Below are positions 14,085 through 26,314 of a DNA stretch of 64,000 nucleotides, one piece after another; within the stretch, counting starts at the first letter, position 1; each line of letters begins with the position of its first letter. The stretch comes from Octopus vulgaris (Eukaryota). Below the pieces are notes generated by a model that worked only from the letters and a program-made list of their open reading frames with translations, was not told where the DNA came from and ran no database searches. Both the position numbers and the translations under genes were made by a program. The stretch is taken from NCBI GenBank assembly GCA_951406725.2, contig OX597820.1:128464001-128528000 (forward strand), written 5' to 3'.

Positions 14085-14595
14085 TCTTGGTCATGAATCT
14101 ACCAGGCTGTCATTCGTACTATCCTCCTCTATGGTTGTGAAACATGGCCTATGAGCAAAGGCTGGAGGTGTTCGACAATAACTGTCTCTGCCGCATTGAT
14201 CGGGTTCCTACAGCCGGTTTTTGTCATCGCCTGAATCTCCGGCCCCTCCCTTCAGTGCTTCTACAACGGCGTTTAAGGTGGTTCGGTCACGCGGCCCAGT
14301 GTCCAGAGGGTGAGCTGCTTCACAATGTCCTTCTCCCACCTCCACTTCCCAACTGGCACAAATGCACGGGTGGGCAGCTGAAGACCTGGGCAACGACGAT
14401 AAAGGAGGACCTCTCCGAACTCTCAGGTCTGCAGGTGGTCGGTCTGCACAGATGGAACCACAAATGGCTCACTATTTCCAGTGACCGCGCACAGGACTGT
14501 CGAGTGTGGGCCGCCATGGTTTGTGATGCCGTTAGAACCAGAGAAGAAGCCGGCTCAACCTGCCCTGGATGAACGCCGTCACAAGTACAAGTAGG
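14085..14595 (+). mobile_element. 3' fragment of RTE-clade LINE inside the gene A intron
   Basis: YQAVIRTILLYGCETW, RLEVFDN and LRWFGH motifs; ends in a caagtacaagta tail. Confidence 0.8.
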
Positions 14596-15184
14596 TAAGT
14601 TCGACCTTGAGCAATTGCAACACAACCAAAGCATTCTATAGGGGATTATAATTATATCGGAATTTAATGTGCAAAAAACAATAAAAATGGTGAGCACACA
14701 CATCACGTATATACAAAATGAAACTCAAAATTATGTGATGCATGTGTGCACTGCAATCATTTTAAAATTATTTTGTTGCATTAAATTCCAATATAATCAC
14801 AATCTATACTATCTGGAAAGTATTAGAATATTGACAACCAAAATAAAAGGGGAATGGGGCAAAATGAGTAATTTCTTTCTTTTTTTTTTTTTTTTTTCAT
14901 CTATTTGGAATTATTATATTGTAAGTATTGCATCATCGTTTTGTACTGTTGCATCGACTGTGGGAATAAAGATTGGTCACCATAGCTGTTGTTGTTGAAG
15001 TTGCAAGAGTCTGAAACATAGCCAGGTGACAGGACTTTTCTTTCTAGAAATTTTTCCTCAAATCTGACACAATTGTAATTGTAATTAAGGATGCTAATAA
15101 AATATCTGGATAGTTTTTGGTGTTTAACAATCTATATTCTTTTCTCTGTTGGATTCCAAGTCAATTATTTTCCACACTAATGTT

Positions 15185-15537
15185 CATCATCATCATCGTT
15201 TAACGTCCGCTTTCCATGCTAGCATGGGTTGGACGGTTTGACTGTGGGCTGGCGAACCAGATGGCTGCACCAGGCTCCACTCTTGATCTGGCAGAGTTTC
15301 TGCAGCTGGATGCCCTTCCTAACGCCAACCACTCCGAGAGTGTAGTGGGTGCTTTTACATGCCACCAGCATGGGGGCCAGTCAGGCAGTACTGGCAACGA
15401 CATCGCTTGAATTTTTTACACATGCCAACAGCACAGGTGCTAGTAAGGCAATGCTGGTAACGATCCCGCTCAAATGGTACCTTCTACATGCCACCGGCAC
15501 GGAAGCCAGTTAGCTGCTCCGGCAACGATCACGCTAA
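15185..15537 (-). mobile_element. RTE-LINE 3'-end fragment with (GAT)n tail
   Basis: catcatcatcgtttaacgtccgctttccatgctagcatggg matches the 3' end of the RTE at ~60170-60470 and a copy at ~25458-25850. Confidence 0.75.
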
Positions 15538-16784
15538 TCTGATAATTTTCCAGTTTGAACAAAATGATGTCTAAAGTGAGGTAAAATGAGCAATGACTAA
15601 TTTCAATAATTTCTTTTCTTTAACTGCATCATGGAGCATCAGATATATCAGGAAGAAAGCCACTCCAGCAGATCGTGAAGAAACAATAAACAATATTTTA
15701 TGTTGAGTTTTTTTTATTATTTCATTTTGTGTGTCATTTTTCCTTCAACCTCTCTTTCATTCAAACCAGATATTTTTAATTTTTGTTGCATTTCTGATCT
15801 TTCTGAAGTCTAGAGATGGATATTAATGTGTATAAGTCTGTTTTCATATGTTATTCTGGAGAATAACATATGGCGTAGGAGTGGGTGTGTGGTAAGTAGC
15901 TTCCTTAATAACCACGTGGTTCTGGGTTCAGTCCCACTGCGTGGCATCTTGGGCAAGTAGCTATCTACTATAGCCTTGGGCCGACCAAAGCCTTGTGAGT
16001 GGATTTGATAGACAGAAACTGAAAGAAGCCTGTCGTATATATGTGTATGTGCGTGTGTATATGTTTGTCCCCACAACATCACTCGTGTTTACATCCCCGT
16101 CACTTAGCAGTTCAGCAAAAGCGACCGATAGAATAAGTACTAGGCTTACAAAGAATAAGTCCTGGGGTCGATTTGCTGGGGCAGTGCTCCAGCATGGCCA
16201 CAGTCAAAATGACTGAAACAAGTAAAAGAATAAATGCAGCATATTGACCTTATCGATGTTCACTCGTTTTGCCCTGGCCAAATTTGCTCAGACCAGGGAT
16301 AATTTTCTGAAATAGTGATCAGTTCATGTTATAATGTTTTTAATGCATTGACAGAAAGTAATTTGCTTAGCTGATATAGTTTAAGAAACAGATTGGGTTT
16401 ATTTACATTTGTGAAGAAAAAAAAACACCCTTCCCCCCACCCCTAACCCTAACTCTAAAACAGATTGAAATGCAATAGATCGATACTAGGGTCATAATTA
16501 TGGGTGACAATTTCATATGACACTGCTAGAAAAACTGCCGGTCAAACCGAAAAGATCCTTTTTCTCTAAGTCAAAACCTCAGCATTCTCATTGTGTCCCA
16601 CCCCTATCCATTTCTCTGAAAGCATTGAAGAAACGAATCCGGATTCGGGGGCATATGTGTAGGTATGTCGGGAAGGGCAATGACAGTATCCCAAGCTCGA
16701 ATTTATTTTCTCATAACTTTCTTGATAATTCACATTTTGGCAATCTTTCGTTTTGACTCGAAATAATGTAAACAATGAATTCGG

Positions 16785-17586
16785 GGATCTTTTCCTTTTG
16801 AACGGCACTTTGTAACATAATTTCTAGGTAACTAAAAAGTTTTAATCTTCGTATACTGGTAGAATGTGTTTATAAAACATCATTTTTTCTTGGTTTTATT
16901 GAGAAAATTCTATATGTTGTAACATATTTCGTCTTTAATTTTGAGCATTTCGGCAATTTTAACCAATCGCTGACGTCCATATAGGTAAATAACATTCTGT
17001 GCATAATGAATATGTCCCTCCTTTAAGAAACAGATTGGGCTTATTTACATTTGTGAAGAAAAAAAGGTACCTTTCCCCAACCCTAACTCTTACCCTAAAT
17101 CTAAAATAGATTGAAATGCAATAGATCGATACTAGGGTTATAATTATGGGTGACAATTTCATACGACACCGCTACGGAAAATGGGATTTTTTTCTAGCGG
17201 TGTCAAATGAAAATGTCACCCATAATTATGGCCCTAGTATCGATCTATTGCATTTCAATCTATTTTAGATTTAGGGTTAGGGTTAGGGGTTAGGGAAGGG
17301 TATCTTTTTTTTCTTCACAAATGTAAATAAACCCAATCTGCTTCTTAAAGGAGGGACATATTCATTATGCACAGAATGTTATTTACTTAAATGGACATCA
17401 GCGATTGGTTAAAATTGCCGAAATGCTCGAAATTAAAGACGAAATATCTTACAACCTATAGAGTTTTCTCAATAAAGCCAAGAGAAAATGATGTTTTATA
17501 AACACATTCTACCAGTATACGAAGTTTAAAACTTTTTAGTTACCTAGAAATTATGTTACAAAGTGCCGTTCAAAAGGAAAAGATCC
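16785..17586. mobile_element. Merlin-type MITE, 802 bp, almost entirely palindromic
   Basis: Ends GGATCTTTTCCTTTTGAACGGCAC / GTGCCGTTCAAAAGGAAAAGATCC. Perfect 8-bp TSD GAATTCGG (16777-16784 and 17587-17594). Confidence 0.88.
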
Positions 17587-17644
17587 GAATTCGGTTGTTT
17601 CCGGGATCACATGTCTTGTCAACTGTCAGTTCGGAAGAGAAAGC

Positions 17645-18044
17645 GAATCTTTTTGGTTCGAACGGCAGTTTTTAAAATAATTTCCACGTAACTAAACACT
17701 TTAAAACTTATTATACTTGTAGAATGTGTTTATAAAACATCTTTTTCTCTTGGCTTTATTGAGAAATTCTATGGTTTGTAAGATGTTTGTTGTTTTTTTT
17801 TTTTTCAATTTCTGCAATTTCAACCAATCAATGACGTCTATTGAAGTGAAAACATTCTGTGCCGTATGAATATGTCTCTCGTTTAAGAAACAGATTGGGT
17901 TTATTTACATTTCTGAAAAAAAATACCCTTCCCCCACCCCTAAAACAGATTGAAATGCAATAGATCGATACTAGGGTCATAATTATGGGTGACAATTTCA
18001 TATGACACCGCTAGAAAAAACTGCCGTTCAAACCGAAAAGATGC
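17645..18044. mobile_element. Merlin-type MITE (~400 bp), degenerate ends
   Basis: Same family as 19878-20288; no clean TSD. A truncated copy lies at ~16378-16558. Confidence 0.8.
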
Positions 18045-18624
18045 GAGCATGAATTTCTGGTTGATATATGGTTTAACTCCCGGTCACCAAAAAAAAAGTC
18101 AATAGATGTAAAAAAAAATGTGTAGAGGACGAATATGAAAACAAAAATTTGCGCAAACGAACGGGTGGGGAGAAGACTTTTCGAAAATTCACAAGATCCG
18201 ATTATTCCCTCACAACTTTCAGGTAAACGGATATATATATATATATTGATGAAATTTCATAGAAATACCGTTCAAATGACATAATTTCTTTTCTTTCTGA
18301 ATAAAAGATTTCTTTTAAAAATTCTATCAACATATTCGTCACCTACACCATCGAAAATAAGTCTCTGCAAAATTTCGTTAAATAACAAAGTATTGAGAAA
18401 TCTATGAAGAAACAAAGGATGAACAACACATTATTGAAACGACAGAAATTCAATTGAGACAAGGAACACAAATATTGATAAAATGTTACCATGGAAACGT
18501 ATTCAGAATTTAAACAAAAAGCCGAAGCGGAAGTAAAAAGTCAGACGGGAAAATAGTCGAGGTTTAATAATCTGAGGAGGAGAACCGATAAGAGAAGACT
18601 AGAAACTTTATTTATTAACCATAC

Positions 18625-19333
18625 CTGGTAATATCCATCGGATAATTGCAGCTTCGAAAGCTTCTTTATTTTGATGCTCAATAGGCACCAGAAAACATTT
18701 ATCAGTTCCGCCTTCAATTCCACCAAAAATCCAAAATTCTTTCTCGTGTTTTTTCTCATTACGCTTAGATTTAACTAATTTAGTGACATCTATTTCAACG
18801 ACTTTTGGTTCACCTGTCTGTAGATCGAACCCACCAATCTCTGGTGGGTCGTCACCTAATTCAGTCGGATGGTCTTCCAGGAATCGTTCAAGTAGTTCTC
18901 GGATGAGGCGAAACATATCAGTTGTTGAATTTTTATTGACGTTTGTCTCATGGGTCATTTCAGAATGTTGGTAATCCCTTGACCACATATACATAAGCCA
19001 TATGAATGTTGTCAGCGAGAGGTGACTTTTCTCAAAGAAGGATCCTTTGCGGATTGATCGTGAGAAGTTATGCTGGGGACATCGCCATCGGATTCCATCA
19101 ATACTTCTCTTGATGACGTTAATTGTACAAGGCTTTCCACAAACGGAACATCTAACAGAATTGCTTATAAGTTTATATTTCGCCAACCATGTAATTGCTA
19201 TATCATTTGTGGAAATTTGTTGAAAGAGATCATAAAATGTCCATGATTCTTGCCTAATTTTTTCGTCATCAACAATGTCTGCGCAAATCGTTTGGGGGTT
19301 TGATGGTCTTCCGCGAGGCATTTCGTTAGACAT
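18625..19333 (-). CDS. Gene A exon 1: Merlin/IS1595(ISXO2)-like transposase-derived protein (AT-hook-like motif, Zn ribbon, start of DDE domain)
   Basis: ORF 19333-18608 with CSVC...WRCPQH, SIRKGSFFE, VVEIDV, WIFGGIE and WILPG. Donor CCA G|gtatgg after 18625. 709 nt, phase 1. Spliced product 331 aa. Confidence 0.88.
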
Positions 19334-19877
19334 TCGAAAATAAAAATATATTTTTAAAGCAAATCTTTATATGAAACAAATACCCAGAATAAAGTGATAG
19401 TTCCGTATAAATTGTTCTGCATAATGAAGAAAGCAAATGTTATAATAAAATATAAATAAATTTTTTAATTAGTATTGAAATCCACTTATGCAGATGCTTT
19501 TATGGGTTGATAAAAATTATTAGCAATTTCTTGCAATTTGCTTCTTGTTATCAGTTCCCTACACAAATTTGATATAATGTCAGTTCCTTTAACTTCAGTT
19601 GAACCTTAATTGTGGAATAACTCATAAGTCTGGGCATTAATTTTCTGTAATTAAGTATAAACAATTAAATTTTTAAATATTAGAATATCAATTCTAAGGT
19701 TCCGTTTTACTTAGTAACGGTTGCTACTCAAGTTTGTAGCGAATATATAACAAGGGAGATAATTCGGCATAAATCACATCGCTATGTACACACACATGAC
19801 TTTTTGTTTTGATTTTGGTTTTTGTCTACTAAATCCACTCAAGTCTTTGGTCTACCCAGGACTATAGTGGAAGATAC

Positions 19878-20288
19878 GGATCTTTTCGGTTTGAACGGCA
19901 GTTTTTTACATAATTTCTAGGTAACTAAAAAATTTTAAACTTCATATACTCGTATACTGGTAGAATGTGTTTATAAAACATCTTTTTCTCTTGGCTTTAT
20001 TGAGAAAATTCTATAGTTTGTAAGATGTTTGTTGTTTTTTTTCTTCAATTTCAACCAATCAATGACGTTTATTGAGGTGAAAACATTCTGTGCCGTATGA
20101 ATATGTCCCTCGTTTAAGAAACAGATTGGGTTTATTTACATTTCTGAAGAAAAAAAGATACCCTTCCTCCCTACCTCTAACCCTAAAACAGATTGAAATG
20201 CAGTAGATCGATACTAGGGTCGTAATTATGGGTGACAATTTCATATGACACCGCTAGAAAAAAACTGCCGTTCAAACCGAAAAGGTCC
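19878..20288. mobile_element. Merlin-type MITE (411 bp) inserted in a SINE upstream of gene A
   Basis: TIRs GGATCTTTTCGGTTTGAACGGCAGTTTTTT / AAAAAACTGCCGTTCAAACCGAAAAGGTCC. Perfect 8-bp TSD GAAGATAC. Confidence 0.9.
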
Positions 20289-21219
20289 GAAGATACTTGC
20301 AGAAGGTGCAGCTCAGTGGACCAAACAAAAATACCACATGGTTGGGAAGCAAGCTTCTTACCACACGTGTGACTCAGTCACGACTCATGGCTCGCCACTT
20401 CATCTTTTGTGGATATCCCCTCACCACTATCCACACCACCTTTGCCAGAGCACGTTCCGTGGACCGTTCCTCTGCTCTCTCTCTCCCCGCACCCGTCCCG
20501 CCGTTACTCGTCACGGTAAGACTTCCGTGCCCCCTCCCAAATAACCTCTTAAAATTTTTTTGTTTTTTCGACACAAACCCCACTTTTCGGCTTCGGGGAA
20601 TACGAATCTGTAAAAAAATTGACAAAAATTGGCATTTTAAAATTACCCCCACCCCGCCTTACCTCCATTTCCTTAATTTTTTTTTTTATTACTTTTTTTC
20701 AGAATTTTTTTTTTCAAAATATGCGGAAAGATACGGAGATTATGATTCTAAAAAGAATTTCCAAAAATTTTTGTAAAATTTTTTTTGAAGAATTTTGTAT
20801 TTTTTTCTAAATAAGCGGAAAAATACAGACATGATTCGGACAAAAATTTCAAAATATTTCTGTAGTTACAGTTAGGGTTAGGGGATTTAGGATTAGGGTT
20901 AGAGTTAGGGTTAATGTTGGGGAAAAAGTCACAGTTGAAGAATTTGGGAGGAAAGGGGGGAAAAATTTAACAATGCCAATTTCTGTTGAAGAGCATAGGC
21001 TCGAAATGTAGAAGACTTTCTCACCTTCCCAAGCATTAAACTAATATACTTGTTTGTTGTTTATAATCTTGTCTTCGTCTTTTGTTTTTCAGTAAATTTT
21101 AACTATACACACACACACACACATACACACATACTAGCAATGCATCCCAGTGTTGCCCAGGTGTTATGACCTATAGGCACATTGTATTATTTGCTGCTTT
21201 CTTATGGGCAGCATCAGCA

Positions 21220-21592
21220 GGAGGCGCAATGGCTCAGTGGTTAGGGCAGCAAACTCGCGGTCGGAGGATCACGGTTTCGATTCCCAGACTGGGTGTTGTG
21301 TATATTTATTGAGCGAAAACACCTAAAGCCCCACAAGGCTCCAGCAGGGGGTGGTGGCGACCCCTGTTGTACTCTTTCGCTCCAACTTTCTCTCACTCTT
21401 TCTTCCTGTTTCTTGTCCCCGACTTCCTACACAATCGCTGAGCCTGGATGCGCATTCATCCATCTGTCGATGCTCTCGGTGTTGGGGGTTGACCTGCTTT
21501 CTCTTCTGCAGGTCTTACGAATAGCAAAGGACCATGTTTCGGACTTCTCCCACTAGAAACGAAGACCGCTTCGCTCAACAAACAAACAAACA
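21220..21592 (+). mobile_element. tRNA-derived SINE (family 3)
   Basis: tRNA-like head ggaggcgcaatggctcagtggttagg...ggtttcgattccc and an (aaac)n tail. Confidence 0.8.
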
Positions 21593-23846
21593 AGCAGCAT
21601 CAGCACCACTGATATATAGTTAATGGCATAATGGAAGTTACTGTTTCTTTAAAAGTGAAGGGGGAGGGTACAATTTGCATGGGTTTGCAAGTGCTTTCTG
21701 TTCTTAAGAAGGATCACAAACTATGTATTCTTTCATCGTATAAAAGGGAGTTAATATGATTTTGTCCAGAAATCACATTTTCAAAATTTTAATTTTCCCA
21801 CCATCCTCCCTGCAATTTCTTAATTTGTAACTTTTTTTAACTTTTTTTTTGTTATCTATGTAGAAAAATAGAGATTACGAATCTAGGAAATATAATTAGA
21901 CTAGCAGAGATACCCGGCGTTGCCCGTGTTACATGCAATTGAAGAATTAGACTTTTCTGTTATATTTTCTGTAATGAACTGGAATACCTGTGTTTCGAAT
22001 TTCATCAAAATTGCAGATGAGGGTTCTTTTCCTCTGTATACCCCCTAAAAAAATTGTAATCGTGCCACATGTATCCCATACTACTGATTTTTATGTGCAT
22101 ATTCCAAAATTCCAGTCTTATAGAACCATTTTTTACCTATGGACCTCATTGGTTACTGTTTTACTCTGACAGACCCCATAGCCATCTGATGCTTAAGAAC
22201 TAGTTCTATAGATATTTCTTTCAAAATTCTTATTTTGTTCTTCACACATTAACTTGTATGGGTTGGATGATATAAAATGTTAGAAAAAGAAACACAGCAG
22301 TTTCTTTTGATAAATACATCTAAAGCAAAATTTTTCATGGACCCTTAAAGTACTACCGTGCATCCCCAATTTACTACTTTGCTTGCAGGTATCCCCAAAA
22401 ATCTTATATGGACCCCAGTTGAGAACCATAGCTCTAATTAGTTGCTGGACCTATTTGAAATAGTCAAATCATTCTTCATCTTATCTTTAAATAAGGATAC
22501 ATTTTATGATGTTGTTTCAAATACTTTTAAAAAGATAAAATGGTCAGGAATATCTTGGATGATATACCTGCTCACTTAGTGTGGACCTGGAGTCAAACAA
22601 CATCTGCAGACCAAAATTGCAAAATGTATACAAAATTTGAAGCAACTAAAGTGGCTCGAACATTCTAGTTGCTCACACTTTTCATGTTTCTATATTATAT
22701 TTCAATTCCTATAAATCACTAATCCTCTTCAAGGACTATTCTTCCATTGATGTACAAATCTTTTGCTGAGTTTAAACGTTATTTGTAACTTACCCTCAAC
22801 CATGATGCCACAGCCCTGTGACAGTAACAGGATATAAGTCAGCAAGTTTTGAGAAGACACCATTCTAGAATTGGTTGAAGAAGATGAACTAAATGCTCTT
22901 GTACGAGTAGAATGCAGTTCCTAATAAGTGGGATCCAAGTGAATGCGTGAGTCTAGTGCAGGATCTCAAACAGCTTTTAAGCTGGATATATTTTCTGACT
23001 TAGAAAAATGGGATTCAGCTACAGGGAAACTATCTTAATAATGTGAAGAGTGTGTAGTAGAGAGGAGAGATTTAAGCCATTAGGATTGAAACTCACCCTA
23101 CTAGTTATAAGTTCAAACCATCCAGATCTGTCCTCTCACACCTACCCTAGAATGTTATTCTAAAAATAAACAATTCTATAAAAATCTCAACCAATTCAAA
23201 ATAATGTAAGCAAATAAGCATTACATTTGACAGAGTTATCTCTATGTTACGAGTTAAGAGAACATAAAGGCTTTGTTTGGGCTGTTCATCAGTAATAATG
23301 ATTCTATATTATATCATGTTGTATTTTTATCCAAAATTATAGGGAAGATAACTTAGCAAAGTTAAGAGTACATAATAGCCATGAGCAGACATTGAAGATT
23401 GTAGGGAATCTAATAGTTTTTGTGCTGTTCAAGAGTAATAATGATTCAGAATTGTCGTTCAGACTGAGTAGCTGCAATGTAGTATTGTTAAACAAGTTTA
23501 TGATTTCAAGACATTAGAAGCATAGGATGATTTAAGATTTCTAACCATGGAATATAAGCTAATCTGTGGGTAAGAGGTGAAGTTATATCTAGATAAGTTA
23601 AGGTAGAGTGTAAGGTGAGGACATCTCAGGGTGTAATTAGAAGTTAAATTAGGAAGAAATGAGGATAATATAGGAGCAGCCTAACAGGCACATTTCAATC
23701 TAGGTGAGATAAAGAAGTTCAGATATCCCCCACACAGATAAAGGTTTTACTAAAGAGCAGCTGTACTTCTACTGGAAACTAACTATGCTTCTATACAGAG
23801 TTAGACTTAAAAGTTAATTTATAAATAAAAATATAACAACTTTATT

Positions 23847-24133
23847 TTAAACTTTATACAAATGTTTGATACAGTAAATTAGAGCAGCAAATTTATCATT
23901 ATTTTTAAAGTGAGATCTCCACATGAATTCTGTTAAAAATGATTGAAATAAGAATGTCTTATGTTTTCTTTGAAAATGTATTTTTACTCTCTGCCACATT
24001 CTGTCTATATTTCTGATGTGGATTTCTGTATCTTCTGGATCATTGTAATCTATATATTCATGAGTATATATACCTTGTTGGATCTGGTCAATTTGAAGAG
24101 GTTCAGTCCAAATATCAGACACAATATGGGTAC
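23847..24133 (-). CDS. Gene B exon 2: Merlin/IS1595-like transposase-derived protein C-terminus
   Basis: Acceptor tttttttatag|GT ACC CAT ATT GTG TCT GAT. ORF track 23847-24122 gives ...HIRNIDRMW...EFMWRSHFKNNDKF. 287 nt. Confidence 0.88.
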
Positions 24134-24537
24134 CTATAAAAAAAAGAACTGCAATGTATCTTTATAATCATAGATTATAAGGTTGCAATAACGAGAGTGT
24201 GATATATTTTCTTAGAGTACAAAAATGACAAACTGATGATGAAGATTCAAATCTTGGTCATGAATTCTGCTTGCTAAACACTTACCACTTCACAAAGAAT
24301 GGGTAAAAAAATATTAAAATATGTATGACTAAAATGAAGTGCTTAAAAATGTGAGCATAGCAAACTGTTTCAATATTTTAAAAAGGTGTTGTATACCCAA
24401 TCAGACTTCATTTTAATCATTTCTCTTAAACTGGCTGTCATTCATTCTATTTGTTGTCTCTTCAAGACCTTCTCAATTAGAATAGTTAAATTTAGGGCAT
24501 TCTATATAAGGAATTAGATGTTTATTTTTAATTTATA

Positions 24538-24810
24538 AGGCGTAGGAGTGGCTGTGTGGTAAGTAGCTTGCTTACCAACCACATGGTTCCGGGTTCAGTC
24601 CCACTGCGTGGCACCTTGGGCCAAAGCCTCGTGAGTGGACTTGGTTGATGGAAACTGGAAGAAGCTCATCATATATATGTAAAAGAGACCGAAAGAATTA
24701 GTACTAGGCTTACAAAGAATAAGCCCTGGGGTCGATTTTCTCGACTAAAGGCGGTGCTCCAGCATGGCCACAGTCAAATGACTGAAACAAGTAAAAGGAA
24801 AAAAGAAGAA
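24538..24810 (+). mobile_element. tRNA-derived SINE (family 1)
   Basis: aggcgtaggagtggctgtgtggtaag head and ctccagcatggccacagtcaaatgactgaaac tail. Similar copies at 15871-16232, 31066-31440 and 53718-54118(-). Confidence 0.85.
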
Positions 24811-26283
24811 AGTACTAAAGCTTGGACAATACTGTGATATTTGACTCCCTAAAAGTTTGTTGTATTATGTAATGTTCAATATTTAATAAAATGTTGTTTA
24901 ATGGATCTATTCTCAAAAGTGTTCCAGATGTGACCATCTTGTTCTTTTGTAAATTAGTGTACTATGGATTATTTTTTAAACAGTGAGTTGTGATATGATA
25001 GATACTAGGTTGTTATTTCTTGCAGGTCAAATGACCATATAGGAATTCTCTCTTTATCACATCGTATAAACTAGTTCAAATGCAGGTGAAAAAAAAATGG
25101 GATTATCATAGCTGGAATACCATTAACTACATGTCTACTTCAACAGGTGGAACCTGCAGCTAAACAACAACAACCTAACTTTGCATTTACTGCATTTGTT
25201 GCTGCCATTTATTTTCAACTAACAATTCTTTCAGACTGATTGAAGTCATCTTATTATGAGATGATAATATAATATTAACCTCTTGCTAATAAGACATAAA
25301 TCCCTTACTTGAAAACAGGTAAGTGTTAGCTGCAGAAAGGGCATCCCACAATAAAACATTCAATATGTAACTGTCAACCCAAGCCAGCATGGAAAAATGG
25401 GTGTAAAATGATTGAATCAACATTTAATGTCCATTTTCCATGCTGGCGATGGTTTGAACATCATCATCATCGTTTAATGTCCGCTTTCCATGCTAGCATG
25501 GGTTGGACGAATGAGCGAGGGCTGGCGAACCAGATGGCTGCACCAGACTTCAATCTTGATCTGGCAGAATTTCTACAGCTGGATGCCCTTCCTAATGCCA
25601 ACCACTCCGAGAGTGTAGTGGGTGCTTTTACGTGCCACCAGCACGGGGCCAGTCAGGCGGTACTGGCAACGACCTCACTCGAATCTTTTACACATGCCAC
25701 CGGTACAGGTGCCAGTAAGGCGATGCTGGTAACGATCACGCTCGAATGGTGTTTTTTACATGCCACCAGCACAGAAGCCAGATAGTCGCTCTGGCAACGA
25801 TCACGCTCGGATGGTGCTCTTAATACCCTATTAGCACAGGGCTCGAGTGCCAACAGAATCCAATGAGCTGCAGGGCTGCATCAAGCTCCAATGTCAGTTC
25901 TAGTATGATTTCTATGGCTTGATGCCCTTCTATGGCTTGATGCCCTTACAAAGTGTACAAGGTGCTTTTTTCATGGTGCTGGCACTAATGAGGTTACCAA
26001 GTAACTTATAAGACAGAGAAAAAAGAAAGAGATGCCTCAAATGAGTGAGAATGCATTTGAGAGAGGAGGTGGCTTTATGCCAAGTATTGAAAGGCTAAAG
26101 TATCATAGAAGAACAAGCACAGGTGTCTCACTAGTGATGGGATAAAGATGGTGGTGATGAGGTGCCAGAGCATATTTTCAAGCCACAAGAAGGTGAGAAC
26201 AGGAGAGAATACAGATTAAAATACACTACAAAAATGAATTCTTCAAAAAGGAATAACAGAATAATGGTAGGCTCTGTTCTAAA

Positions 26284-26314
<31 letters not shown>

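Noticed and set aside
18608-19333. Genes A-C read as single-exon truncated transposases or as autonomous Merlin elements bounded by nearby MITE TIRs
   Set aside because: Each has a matching in-frame second exon. The nearby TIRs pair with each other and have their own TSDs, so they do not enclose the genes.
20870-20912. TTAGGG-like repeats as a telomere or fusion site
   Set aside because: Short and degenerate, and similar tracts are internal parts of the MITE families.
20983-21020. Hammerhead-like CTGTTGA-A-GAGC-ATAG-GCTC-GAAA motif
   Set aside because: A core position is mutated (CUGU instead of CUGA) and stems I and III are not evident; at most a decayed Penelope end.
21220-21295. tRNA-like sequences at SINE heads (also ~9830-9900)
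   Set aside because: They continue directly into SINE bodies and lack a clean cloverleaf; not tRNA genes.
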